NCBI GenBank assembly: GCA_028286805.1
Contig: JAQBQW010000025.1
Location: forward strand, 1-35,215
Direction of reading: 5' to 3'
Source of the DNA: Parcubacteria group bacterium
GTDB taxonomy: Bacteria > Patescibacteriota > Minisyncoccia > Phycocordibacterales > Zambryskibacteraceae
DNA: 35,215 bases
Part shown: piece by piece, positions 1 to 8,739 of the stretch
How positions within the stretch are numbered: the first letter of the stretch is position 1
Layout: the number at the start of each line of letters is the position of its first letter
Translations under genes and position numbers: made by a program
Notes under the pieces: model-generated
Database searches by the model: none
What the model saw: the letters and a program-made list of their open reading frames with translations, nothing else
Told to the model about the DNA's origin: nothing

Positions 1-1101
1 CGTTGTCCAGGTGACCGTTGCGGTTGTTCCGGCAGTAGTTGAAGCAACGGAAGAAATAACCGGAGGGGTAACGTCTCCAGCGGTAGTAGTTGCATAAACT
101 GTAGAAGATTTTGCAGACTGATTCCCCTGTTCGTCTGTTGCTGAAATTGCATATCCGTATGCGGTGCTCGTAGCAAGCGTTGTATCCGAATACAAAAGTG
201 TCCCGGCTGTTGTAGACGCAATCCCAACTGTTGGCGTACAGCTCGCGCCCGTACATCTAAAAATGTTGTAATAGCTCACCCATTCGTTATCCGTAGAAGA
301 TGCCCATGAAAGATCCACCCGGGTCGGAGAAACTGGAGTGGTGGTTGCAGATCCAGGAACCGAAGGCACAGTACTGTCAATGATCGCCCCATAAAATGAA
401 GCAACGGTTGCCTGCCACAATGAATTCGTGCTGAATACCCAGTTTGAATTGTAAGATCCGCTTGCTGAAGGAACCACCTGATACGATGCGCTCGGACCCG
501 TACCTCCAGGAACCGGCTGAGTCAAAAGAGAGAAGCCCGAAGGTTGGGAGCTGATCGTTCCTCCTTTTCTCGTACCCATGATCAACAGCACGTTTTTTCC
601 GGCAACCGGAGTAATCGGTCCGGCAGCCGGACTTGTAGTGATCGAAGAATCAGTGTTAACCGGTCCAAGAATCGTACCGGATATTTTTACCCCGCTCCAT
701 TCTTGCATTGAACCTGCCGGAACCGCACCAACCGTCGAAGACAACGTAGCTGTCGCAGTTGTGCCTGCACCGGCTCCCACAATTCCGTACCATGTTTCAA
801 CAGCTGTGGATGTACCGATAACTGCTCTGCGCCACGTTACTCCTGTTTGAGTGATACTGGAAATACTTGAAACTCCGCTATTGACCACGCTTTCAAATGT
901 AAGAAAATTTCCGTTCGTTGGAGCAGACGAAAATGTAATCGCATATACAGGATTGCTTGCAGCACCGAACCCAACAGCTTCTTGTATCGGAGTGCTTGAA
1001 ATTGCTGCAATAACTTTGCTGGCTCCAAAACCGCCTGCACCAACAAGAACAAAGAGAGCAAGAACCAAGAACTTTTTAGAGAAAGTGCCGCCGTATTTCA
1101 T
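1..1101 (-). CDS. Secreted/surface Ser/Thr-rich protein with fibronectin type III domain(s); 3' end runs off the window (partial)
   Basis: Not in ORF track. Read by hand from ATG at 1101: MKYGGTFSKKFLVLALFVLVGAGGFGASKVIA (signal peptide), later DSTVPSVPGSATTTPVSPTRVDLSWASSTDNEWVSYYNIFRC...YSDTTLATSTAYGYAISATDEQGNQS (FN3 pattern). No stop to position 1. TATAAT lies 9 nt upstream. Confidence 0.85.
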   Translation of the reverse strand, partial: MKYGGTFSKKFLVLALFVLVGAGGFGASKVIAAISSTPIQEAVGFGAASNPVYAITFSSAPTNGNFLTFESVVNSGVSSISSITQTGVTWRRAVIGTSTAVETWYGIVGAGAGTTATATLSSTVGAVPAGSMQEWSGVKISGTILGPVNTDSSITTSPAAGPITPVAGKNVLLIMGTRKGGTISSQPSGFSLLTQPVPGGTGPSASYQVVPSASGSYNSNWVFSTNSLWQATVASFYGAIIDSTVPSVPGSATTTPVSPTRVDLSWASSTDNEWVSYYNIFRCTGASCTPTVGIASTTAGTLLYSDTTLATSTAYGYAISATDEQGNQSAKSSTVYATTTAGDVTPPVISSVASTTAGTTATVTWTT

Positions 1102-1365
1102 GTTTCAAATATTATACTACCATTCCACCTTTAAAGGCACTGTAAAATACGAGGCTGTGTATATCTTTTTTCTTTAATTTTATTTATTTTTTATTGCTTC
1201 GAATGGACTGAATAACTCCAATATTTTAAACACAATACCGCTACCCTTCTTTTAAGATTTTTAGACAGATCAGGTAATCAATATAATTTGGTTTCTGCAG
1301 AATTCAAGAAAAAAACTATCAAAATAGTATTAATAGAGAGTTATAAACATTACTAATGCTTACTG

Positions 1366-3342
1366 TTAATCCTCTATAATTAAGCCATCTTCACCAGTTT
1401 GCTTTCTTTTTGGAGTAATACCGCTTGCTATTAAAATGTCCTCAAATTCTTTCTGTTCGATGGTTTCGACTTCAATTAAACGCTTCGCAATGATATCGAG
1501 AAGGGGTCCGTATTTCTTAATGGCATTTTCTGCGCGCTGCATTCCCTCTTGCATGATCTTTGAAACTTCCGAATCTATTTCAGCGCTGACCTTTTCAGAA
1601 TATTCTTTATCATCTACTCCCTGACCAAAAACAACTCTTCCGTTTGATGCTTCGAGAGCAATCGGGCCAAGCTTTTCAGACATACCGTATTTGGTGACCA
1701 TGTCTCGCGCAAGCGCGGTCGACACTTGGAGATCGCTTGAAGGTCCAGTAGTAAGATCTCCAAAAATATTTTTCTCGACAACGTATCCGCCGAGAGTAAC
1801 GGCAATTGAATCGAGGAATTCTTTTTTGGATTGAATCTTTCGATCATCGATCGGAAGTCTCATCACGTAACCTGCTGCACGTCCGCGAGAGATGATGGAT
1901 ATTTTATGAACCGGATCTGCGTGCGGAAGAACCGACGCAACCAGCGCGTGTCCGGCTTCGTGATACGCCGTCAGTTCTTTTTCTTTCTTCGAAAGAATAT
2001 GTGACCGTCTTTCAGGTCCCAGCATAACCTTTTCGATTGAGCGAATGAGATCAAACTGACCGACAGTTACCCTGTTCTCTCTTGCAGCAAGAATAGCGGC
2101 TTCGTTCATCAAAGAATAAAGGTCTGCTCCGGAGAAACCTGGGGTACGTTCAGCGATCAATGGAAGATTTACATCTTCGGCGAAAGGTTTTTTGCGGGCG
2201 TGTATTTTCAAAATTTCCTGGCGGTCCTGTCTGTCCGGAAGGTCGAGAGTGACGCGGCGGTCGAAACGGCCCGGGCGGAGAAGCGCAGGATCTAAAACAT
2301 CCGGACGGTTAGTGGCGGCCATGACGATAACTTTTTCATTGGGTTCGAATCCGTCCATTTCAACCAAGATTTGGTTCAATGTTTGTTCGCGTTCATCATT
2401 CCCTCCTCCCATACCTGCACCACGGGCTCGTCCCACAGCGTCGATCTCGTCGACGAAAATAATCGCTGGTGCGGATTTCTTTGCGACATCAAACAGGTCT
2501 CGAACGCGAGATGCGCCGACTCCGACAAACATTTCCACAAACTCAGATCCCGAGATTGAGAAGAATGCCACTCCGGCTTCCCCAGCCACCGCACGGGCAA
2601 GAAGCGTCTTGCCGGTTCCCGGTGCGCCCATAAGAAGAATGCCTTTGGGAATACGCGCTCCGATATCCAAAAACTTCTTTGGATTTTTAAGGAAGTCCAC
2701 AATTTCAGACAATTCTTCTTTTGCCTCTCTTGCTCCAGCCACATCTTTAAAGGTCACGCGATTGTTTTTATCATCAGGGAGCGTCATGCGGGCTTTGGAC
2801 TGTCCGAAAGAAAGAGCCTGCATGCCCGCGCCTTTCACCTGTTTTGAAAACATCCAGATGAAGAAAATAATAAACAAGATCGGAAGAATGATGGGAGTGA
2901 GAGACAGAACCCAGTATATGAATCCCTGGTCATTCTTTACATCGATCTTCACCGTCGCCAATGCTTCGGGCAATATATTGTAATTTTTGAGAGTGGTGGA
3001 AAGCGCAGTTCCCTCTTCTTTTTTTGAAGTCTTTTTTGTTCCGTCTATATAGGTGATATCGAGATTGTCTCCTTTCACCACGATACTCTCGACAGTTTGC
3101 GCGGAAACATTTTGTGCCAATTCAGATACGGAAATTTCCTGAATATCTTTTCCCCCAGCTAGAAACGAATACGAAGTGATGAGAATAAGGAAGATGATCA
3201 ACGCCAATATTCCCTGTCCCATTGGACCTTTGCTGCGTGGACCGGGAGTAACCTTTTGGATGGCATCCTTAAGCTGCTTCTTTCCCTTCTCGATTCCCTG
3301 ATCGACTTTATTCTCTTGCTTTGGTGGAGTTTTCTTCGGCAT
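1366..3342 (-). CDS. ftsH: ATP-dependent zinc metalloprotease FtsH
   Basis: Two N-terminal TM segments, Walker A GAPGTGKT, Walker [37 protein letters not shown] zinc motif. Confidence 0.99.
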   Translation of the reverse strand: MPKKTPPKQENKVDQGIEKGKKQLKDAIQKVTPGPRSKGPMGQGILALIIFLILITSYSFLAGGKDIQEISVSELAQNVSAQTVESIVVKGDNLDITYIDGTKKTSKKEEGTALSTTLKNYNILPEALATVKIDVKNDQGFIYWVLSLTPIILPILFIIFFIWMFSKQVKGAGMQALSFGQSKARMTLPDDKNNRVTFKDVAGAREAKEELSEIVDFLKNPKKFLDIGARIPKGILLMGAPGTGKTLLARAVAGEAGVAFFSISGSEFVEMFVGVGASRVRDLFDVAKKSAPAIIFVDEIDAVGRARGAGMGGGNDEREQTLNQILVEMDGFEPNEKVIVMAATNRPDVLDPALLRPGRFDRRVTLDLPDRQDRQEILKIHARKKPFAEDVNLPLIAERTPGFSGADLYSLMNEAAILAARENRVTVGQFDLIRSIEKVMLGPERRSHILSKKEKELTAYHEAGHALVASVLPHADPVHKISIISRGRAAGYVMRLPIDDRKIQSKKEFLDSIAVTLGGYVVEKNIFGDLTTGPSSDLQVSTALARDMVTKYGMSEKLGPIALEASNGRVVFGQGVDDKEYSEKVSAEIDSEVSKIMQEGMQRAENAIKKYGPLLDIIAKRLIEVETIEQKEFEDILIASGITPKRKQTGEDGLIIED

Positions 3343-3399
3343 AGACCCGTATTATACCGATAATCGCTTATTTTTCCATATTTTTGTTATTATTCTTTC
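3343..3399. promoter_or_regulatory. Divergent ftsH/smpB promoter region with two -10 elements next to the start codons
   Basis: Minus TATAAT at 3351-3356, 8 nt before ftsH ATG; plus TGnTATTAT at 3385-3393, 6 nt before smpB ATG; no SD for either gene. Confidence 0.7.
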
Positions 3400-3837
3400 A
3401 TGCCTACATTTGCCGAAAACCGCAAAGCCCGGTTCGATTACGAAATCCTCGAAAGCTTCCCTGCGGGCATCGAGCTTTTTGGAAGCGAGGTGAAATCGGT
3501 GCGGGCCGGGAAAATATCTCTGGCGGGTTCATTCGTCATCATCCGAGGCAGAGAAGCCTTTCTTCAGGGTGCAAAAATAGAGCCGTACCAGCCGAACAAC
3601 GAAGCGTCTGACCAAGAACCCGAGAGACCAATAAAGTTATTGTTGAGGAAAGACGAGATTGAAAAACTGGAGAAAGCAGACTCTTCCAAAGGATTGACAA
3701 TAGTGCCAATTAAGGTGTATAATAATGGCAGGTTTCTGAAGCTCGAGCTTGCAATTGTCCGCGGAAAGAAGCAATTCGACAAACGCCAGACAATTAAAAA
3801 GCGAGACGTTGAAAGAGACCTGAAAAAAGATTTTTAA
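3400..3837 (+). CDS. smpB: SsrA-binding protein SmpB
   Basis: NRKARFDY, GIELFGSEVKS, KLLL, RGKKQFDKR motifs; adjacent to tmRNA. Confidence 0.99.
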   Translation: MPTFAENRKARFDYEILESFPAGIELFGSEVKSVRAGKISLAGSFVIIRGREAFLQGAKIEPYQPNNEASDQEPERPIKLLLRKDEIEKLEKADSSKGLTIVPIKVYNNGRFLKLELAIVRGKKQFDKRQTIKKRDVERDLKKDF

Positions 3838-3840
3838 AAT

Positions 3841-4239
3841 GGGGATGACTTGCTTTGACAATATGTCTATTCCCCCGACGCGCGAGAGAGCTGAAGTGAC
3901 TCTTTAATCCGCTTCACAACCAACTGCAAAATCAGTTGCAAAAGTTATCTCTCCGTTTTATACGGCGAATGACTTCCAGTTCGCATACGCTCGAGTTTAA
4001 TTACTCGCGTTCCGAATCGGCGTACTTCGAGATGGGTGCTTGATACTCTCGTCTGTGCGTAATACCCCAAGATAGAAACCGCAATTCCTCGTCTCGGTTT
4101 TGAAACTAAGAGGATAGGTTGAAAAGAGCTTTCGTTTGTTTTGTATCTTTTTGACCGAAACACATGAAGCAAACTACCTCGCGTAGACCTCTCGGGAATC
4201 CCATGTTGCACCCGGGTTCACTGCCCGGCATCTCCACCA
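3841..4239 (+). ncRNA. ssrA: tmRNA (one-piece)
   Basis: 5' GGGGATG pairs with 3' CATCTCC-A-CCA including the G3:U alanine determinant; T-arm CCGGG-TTCACTG-CCCGG; P2 CAATATG/CATGTTG and ATTCCC/GGGAAT; starts 3 nt after the smpB stop. Confidence 0.95.
3926..4000 (+). other. tmRNA tag reading frame, predicted (A)AKSVAKVISPFYTANDFQFAYARV*
   Basis: GCA resume codon after CAACT following the first pseudoknot region, open to TAA at 3998-4000; a second in-frame GCA at 3938 is an alternative resume point. Confidence 0.7.
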
Positions 4240-4245
4240 TACTGC

Positions 4246-4273
4246 AGACCGCCCCACGGGCGGTTTTGCTTTT
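4246..4273 (+). terminator. Intrinsic terminator of smpB-ssrA
   Basis: AGACCGCCC-CAC-GGGCGGTTT followed by TGCTTTT. Confidence 0.8.
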
Positions 4274-4283
4274 ATATACCCCT

Positions 4284-4320
4284 TTGACTTTTATACATAT
4301 TTGTGATAATGTACAACCAG
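4284..4320 (+). promoter_or_regulatory. Sigma70-type promoter of orphan gene 4347
   Basis: TTGACT-17-TAATGT with TGn extension, then 6 nt and AG. Confidence 0.65.
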
Positions 4321-4346
4321 GCCCATCACCCACACCTGGACAACAC

Positions 4347-4676
4347 ATGCGTAACCGCATCCCGATCTTCGTCTTTGCCCTTGCCTTTGCAGCCTCTGGA
4401 TTCGCCCTTCGTGTCGAAAACCTCACGAAGGATGCGCCGATGATTCGAGCTGCTCAGCTCGCCTCGGGCATCGACTCGGATCATCTCGACCAGAGATACT
4501 GCGCGTACTCGATCACGACACTGGAAGAAACCGCCGACCTGCGCAACCAAGCGCAAAAGGCCGGCACCATCATCCTGTGCGACGTGAACGGGAAGATCCC
4601 GGACAATCCGATCAATCGCCTTCGGATCGCCGAGGCAAAGACCCTGGTGCTGAACCAGTACCCGGACTTCAAGTAG
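4347..4676 (+). CDS. Hypothetical secreted protein (109 aa), GC-rich orphan
   Basis: Start moved from track 4164 (inside tmRNA) to ATG 4347; MRNRIPIFVFALAFAASGFA signal-peptide-like; own promoter and terminator (CTGCACC...GGTGCAG-TTTT, 4698-4730). Confidence 0.7.
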   Translation: MRNRIPIFVFALAFAASGFALRVENLTKDAPMIRAAQLASGIDSDHLDQRYCAYSITTLEETADLRNQAQKAGTIILCDVNGKIPDNPINRLRIAEAKTLVLNQYPDFK

Positions 4677-4729
4677 TCCGTGACCCGACGCATTACCCTG
4701 CACCTGCCTCCGGCCGGTGCAGTTTTCTT

Positions 4730-4927
4730 TTATCTTTTCTCCAGCTGTTCGATTCTTTTTTCTAATGCTTCCAACTTATCATCGTCGTCTTTGTGGTGCT
4801 TTGTAAATCGTTGAAACAGCGGCCAAATAATGAGACCGATGAGAACATCGAAAATAAAAATGAGGAATAATTCAAATTCCCAGTGAGGCAAATCTCTCAG
4901 GAGTGTCCAGAATGTTTCTTGTTCCAT
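4730..4927 (-). CDS. Small single-TM membrane protein with C-terminal coiled coil (65 aa)
   Basis: MEQETFWTLLRDLPHWEFELFLIFIFDVLIGLIIWPLF...LEALEKRIEQLEKR; TGGTATAAT 9 nt before ATG 4927. Confidence 0.75.
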   Translation of the reverse strand: MEQETFWTLLRDLPHWEFELFLIFIFDVLIGLIIWPLFQRFTKHHKDDDDKLEALEKRIEQLEKR

Positions 4928-5011
4928 AATATATGGATTATACCACACGTTGACGCATATTTAATTCACTTGTATCGTAATGATAGAACCCTAACCTGGA
5001 GGACGTGCGCC

Positions 5012-5305
5012 ATGTGGAAGAAAAAGCTGCTGATCCTTCAGATTTTGTATCGGGAACCCAACCAAGAAGCTTCGGGCCAGGAAATTGCTCGTCAGGTTAA
5101 TGGAGAGATTCCGAAACGTCTCTTTGATGCTTATCTGTATTCCCTGGAAGCAGAGAAATACATTCTCTGTAATCTTAAAAGTTCTTCACTTCCGGGACCA
5201 GAGGAATGCGTATACAAGTTAACCTCCTTGGGTGAGAAACATTTTAAGAAAGCTCTCAAAATCTACGAGCCCAGCTTCATTGATCGATTCTTCCGCCGTT
5301 CTTAG
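5012..5305 (+). CDS. PadR-like winged helix-turn-helix protein (97 aa)
   Basis: LLILQIL...SGQEIARQV...LYSLEAEKYI...YKLTSLGEK pattern; TTGACG-17-TATCGT (4950-4978); SD GGAGG; terminator 5304-5330. Confidence 0.7.
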   Translation: MWKKKLLILQILYREPNQEASGQEIARQVNGEIPKRLFDAYLYSLEAEKYILCNLKSSSLPGPEECVYKLTSLGEKHFKKALKIYEPSFIDRFFRRS

Positions 5306-5403
5306 TGCCAGCACTATGTTGGTACTTTTTATTTTGCTTTTTTATATAGAAAGAGTAATGTGAATTTAGATCCATTCTATCTTCCCCTTCAACGAAGGTT
5401 CCC

Positions 5404-5964
5404 ATGACTTGGCAAGAAGAGGAAATAACGAAATGCGACATATGTGGAGAATCCGCTCCCACAAGTGAATCTAGATTTGTGGAAGGCAAGTCTGGAACAA
5501 TCTGCGAAGATTGTGTAGGAGTAGCTAACAAAGCACTATCGTATGTCCACCTAGGTACAGATTCCCTAGAAAAATTTCCCTTCATTCTTCAATGCCTGAC
5601 GTACGGAAGTATCATATCAATCGAGGCAACGGATCAATTAGGACTAGGTAATCCGGCATTCATTACACGAGCATTGCTGAGTCAACGATTTGGATCCATG
5701 ATGGAATTCCTGGAGTTCGTTTTCATCACAATCAACACTCAAGTAGAGTCTGCAATATCGCTCCCGGATGGTTTTGAAAACGGACTTGTACACGTGCTAC
5801 ATGAAGGAATGTCTCTATGTGGTTTTTCAAGGAACACTCCCACCTGTTGGCCGAAGAATCACACGTTCACTACTGCAGATAATAATTTTGAAGGAGTGAC
5901 TTGCATGCAATGCCAAGCACTTATTCAAGATCGTTTCCCAGATCACCCTGCACTGACCCAATAA
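5404..5964 (+). CDS. Hypothetical protein with N-terminal ClpX-type C4 zinc finger and a second C-terminal Cys/His cluster
   Basis: CDICGE...FVEGKSGTICEDCV resembles the ClpX ZBD (CxxC...G...ICxxCV); C-terminal H...LCG...TCMQC; terminator-like hairpin 5950-5978. Confidence 0.6.
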   Translation: MTWQEEEITKCDICGESAPTSESRFVEGKSGTICEDCVGVANKALSYVHLGTDSLEKFPFILQCLTYGSIISIEATDQLGLGNPAFITRALLSQRFGSMMEFLEFVFITINTQVESAISLPDGFENGLVHVLHEGMSLCGFSRNTPTCWPKNHTFTTADNNFEGVTCMQCQALIQDRFPDHPALTQ

Positions 5965-6025
5965 GTCCGTGCTTTTTTCTTTAGATTCAAATTACACTCT
6001 CATTCGTCTATATTCTGTACACCCC

Positions 6026-7372
6026 ATGACGTTTGCTTTATACCAGCATCTCAGGAACATCAGCAAATCCAGCCCTAAAATGGTCACCGCCCTCATTATC
6101 ATCGGATTCTTTGCAGTCTTACTGACCATCATTTCATGGTTCACTCCTCTGAGCGATAACTCGGTAGATTTTTCCACCACCGTCCCTACCCCCTTGGGAA
6201 GTCCGGAATTCTTTCTTGCTGCAGAAAGCATTGCGGGCTCCGCTTCGTATCCAATTTTAAAAGATGAGCCGGTTACAATCCTGAACAACGGTAAAGAATT
6301 CGTGCCGGATCTTTTGAATGAAATCCAAAACGCCAAGCATTCCATTACTCTGGCAAATTACATTTGGAAAAAAGGAACGCTCACCAACCAGATATTCGAC
6401 GCCATCACCGCAAAAGCGAAAGAAGGGGTACAGGTGCGGGTTATCATGGACGCAACCGCAAGCTTGAAAGCTCCCCACGATAAAATCGAAGCATTTGAAA
6501 AAGCCGGAGGAAAGATGGAGAAATTCAGGCCATTCGGATTGAGAACTATCACCCGCATGAACAAACGAACTCATCTTCGTGCGATGGTGATCGACGGCAT
6601 AGTCGGATATACCGGAGGAGTAGCCTTTGATGACGAATGGCTTGGAGACGGAACCAAGCCAGATGAGTGGAGAGACATCATGTTCAAGTTTCAAGGACAA
6701 GGTGCGCGAAGCATTCAAAACATGTTCAACGCCTTATGGAGACAAACGAGTGGAGAAATACTGTCCGGCCCAGATTTCTATCCCGAACTTCCTCCTTCAG
6801 TAGTATCAGACCCATGTACAGATTCATGCTTCATTCCCCTCCTGCAAATCCCTTCTCCGGATCTTGAAAAGAATCTCAGCCAGTTTCTGTGGATTTCAAT
6901 CATGGGTGCAAAGGATCATGTATATATTGAAACTCCGTATCTGTTGCCAGACAAAAATATCTTGAGCGCGTTAAAACAAAAAGTGGAGGAGGGAGTGCGG
7001 GTAGACATCATTATCCCCGGACCGCATGTGGATTCCCGAATCGTACAGCTTGCTACCCGTTCATACTATAAAGAAGTGCTCAGCATGGGAGTTCATTTAT
7101 ACGAATACCAGCCGGCGCATATGCATTCAAAAATTATGACTGCAGACGGACACTGGTCTGTGATCGGCTCGGCCAACTTAGATAACCGCTCGAGCACATT
7201 GAATGTCGAAGGAATGTTTGGAGTGGAAGACAAAACACTCGCCAAAGGTATTGAGGAGCAATTTGAATTGGATAAAAGCAGATCAGTTGAGATTACAGAC
7301 CAATCCTTTGTCGCCACAATCCGGGACCGCATCTTTGGAAGAATTTCCCGCCTATTTGCCAAACAATACTAA
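6026..7372 (+). CDS. cls: Cardiolipin synthase-like phospholipase D family protein
   Basis: N-terminal TM; motifs THLRAMVIDG...YTGG and HSKIMTADG...IGSANLDNRS; ATG 6026 preferred over track GTG 5969. Confidence 0.9.
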   Translation: MTFALYQHLRNISKSSPKMVTALIIIGFFAVLLTIISWFTPLSDNSVDFSTTVPTPLGSPEFFLAAESIAGSASYPILKDEPVTILNNGKEFVPDLLNEIQNAKHSITLANYIWKKGTLTNQIFDAITAKAKEGVQVRVIMDATASLKAPHDKIEAFEKAGGKMEKFRPFGLRTITRMNKRTHLRAMVIDGIVGYTGGVAFDDEWLGDGTKPDEWRDIMFKFQGQGARSIQNMFNALWRQTSGEILSGPDFYPELPPSVVSDPCTDSCFIPLLQIPSPDLEKNLSQFLWISIMGAKDHVYIETPYLLPDKNILSALKQKVEEGVRVDIIIPGPHVDSRIVQLATRSYYKEVLSMGVHLYEYQPAHMHSKIMTADGHWSVIGSANLDNRSSTLNVEGMFGVEDKTLAKGIEEQFELDKSRSVEITDQSFVATIRDRIFGRISRLFAKQY

Positions 7373-7429
7373 GTCCTGTCCTTTGTATATAAAATATGCT
7401 ATAATACCAACACTAAACCAACAGAGACT

Positions 7430-7936
7430 TTGCAAACCACTCGTATTAACCAGCGCATCACCTCACGCGAACTCCGCGTTATTGGCCCAACAGGTGAAAA
7501 CTTTGGAGTTATCTCACTCGAAGAAGCTCTAAAAAAGGCGGCTGAATTCGACCTCGATCTTATCGAGATCTCCCCTAATGCCATTCCTCCGATCGCAAAG
7601 ATTGCGGATTTCGGCAAATACCAATACGAAGAGAATAAGAAGCAGAAAGTGGCTAAATCTAAAGCCCACTCGGTTGAGGTGAAGAACGTTCAGATCAAGC
7701 TTGGAACTGGAGACCATGACCTCTCTCTTAAAGCCAAGAAAGCCTCTGAATGGCTTGGCGAAGGAAACAGGGTAAAAGTGGACCTTTTCCTCCCCGGACG
7801 TGCCAAATACCTCGATGAGAAGTTCCTCAGAGAACGCATTGAACGGTTCCTCAAACTCCTTACCGTAGCCCACAAAGTGGCTTCTTCCCCGGTCAAAAGC
7901 CCTAAGGGTATGACTATTATTGTTGAGAAGGCATAA
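7430..7936 (+). CDS. infC: Translation initiation factor IF-3 (non-AUG TTG start)
   Basis: RINQRI...LDLIEISPNAIPPIAKIADFGKYQYE; heads infC-rpmI-rplT; TGCTATAAT at 7397-7405. Confidence 0.98.
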   Translation: MQTTRINQRITSRELRVIGPTGENFGVISLEEALKKAAEFDLDLIEISPNAIPPIAKIADFGKYQYEENKKQKVAKSKAHSVEVKNVQIKLGTGDHDLSLKAKKASEWLGEGNRVKVDLFLPGRAKYLDEKFLRERIERFLKLLTVAHKVASSPVKSPKGMTIIVEKA

Positions 7937-7993
7937 TACTAGACATTTTAAGGGTTTCCTGTAATATAGGGTACCTAACCGAACCAGTGCTAT

Positions 7994-8185
7994 ATGGCAA
8001 TGAAATCGAATAAATCCTATGGAAAACGCTTGAAGGTCACCAAGACCGGCAAGATTTTGGCGCGCAAAACCGGCCAAAACCACTTCAACTCCAAAGAACG
8101 CCGTTCAGCAAAAAGAAACAAGGCGGGTACTGTTCCCTTTCATATGTCTAACAAGGAACGAAGCCGTTTCCTCGTCAACTTTTAA
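7994..8185 (+). CDS. rpmI: 50S ribosomal protein bL35
   Basis: MKSNKSYGKRLKVTKTGK; position between infC and rplT. Confidence 0.95.
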   Translation: MAMKSNKSYGKRLKVTKTGKILARKTGQNHFNSKERRSAKRNKAGTVPFHMSNKERSRFLVNF

Positions 8186-8201
8186 TATTTAATATACTGA
8201 T

Positions 8202-8546
8202 ATGACAAGAGTTAAGAAAGGAGTAAACGCCCTCAAATCAAGAAAGAATATCCTCCGAAAGGTTAAAGGATACAGGCACGGACGCTCAACCAAGGAAAGA
8301 CAGGCAAACGAAGCTATCTTCCATGCTGGAACATATTCATTTGCACACAGACGAGACAAGAAAGGAGACTTTCGAAGACTTTGGAACGTTCGCATCAGCT
8401 CTTCTCTCAAACAGATGGGAACTTCATACTCTAAATTCATCCACGCTCTCAAACTAAAGAACATTGGTCTCGACCGAAAGATTCTTTCAGACCTCGCACA
8501 GAATCATCCTGAAATCTTTAAAAAGGTTCTCGAGGCGACTAAATAA
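8202..8546 (+). CDS. rplT: 50S ribosomal protein bL20
   Basis: MTRVKKG...FRRLWNVRI...LDRKILSDLA. Confidence 0.99.
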   Translation: MTRVKKGVNALKSRKNILRKVKGYRHGRSTKERQANEAIFHAGTYSFAHRRDKKGDFRRLWNVRISSSLKQMGTSYSKFIHALKLKNIGLDRKILSDLAQNHPEIFKKVLEATK

Positions 8547-8574
8547 CAAAAAGCTCCCGAAAGGGAGTTTTTGT
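8547..8574. terminator. Bidirectional intrinsic terminator
   Basis: AAAAAG-CTCCC-GAAA-GGGAG-TTTTTG between convergent genes. Confidence 0.85.
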
Positions 8575-8739
8575 TTATCTCGTTACCTTATATCCAATAT
8601 AAATTCCCACTATCGCACCAATCGCACTCAAAAATATTGAAGAGAAAGAGAACGAACCTGCGCCCCAAAGATTCGGAATAAACCCACCAACCGTGGATCC
8701 CACAACCAATCCAAACATAATTATTTGTTTCGAGTTCAT
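8575..8739 (-). CDS. Small two-TM Gly-rich membrane protein (54 aa)
   Basis: Below the ORF-track cutoff; MNSKQIIMFGLVVGSTVGGFIPNLWGAGSFSFSSIFLSAIGAIVGIYIGYKVTR; TAATG coupling with the upstream gene; stop abuts the terminator. Confidence 0.8.
   Translation of the reverse strand: MNSKQIIMFGLVVGSTVGGFIPNLWGAGSFSFSSIFLSAIGAIVGIYIGYKVTR

Noticed and set aside
578..1177. Track ORFs 578-850, 837-1061 and 851-1177
   Set aside because: Shadow frames of the real minus-strand FN3 gene, which the track missed because it runs off the window
1140..1365. AT-rich 225-bp intergenic stretch as possible oriC or dif
   Set aside because: No DnaA-box cluster, no dif-like palindrome and no convincing ORF seen
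3945..4426. ORFs overlapping tmRNA (3945-4211, 4106-4426, 5' part of 4164-4676)
   Set aside because: They overlap a well-supported RNA gene and have no start signals
4200..5964. Integrative island at the tmRNA 3' end
   Set aside because: No integrase and no duplicated ssrA 3' end (att) found; the tmRNA terminator is intact
7430..7432. TTG start of infC
   Set aside because: Non-AUG infC starts are an established autoregulatory feature; not novel
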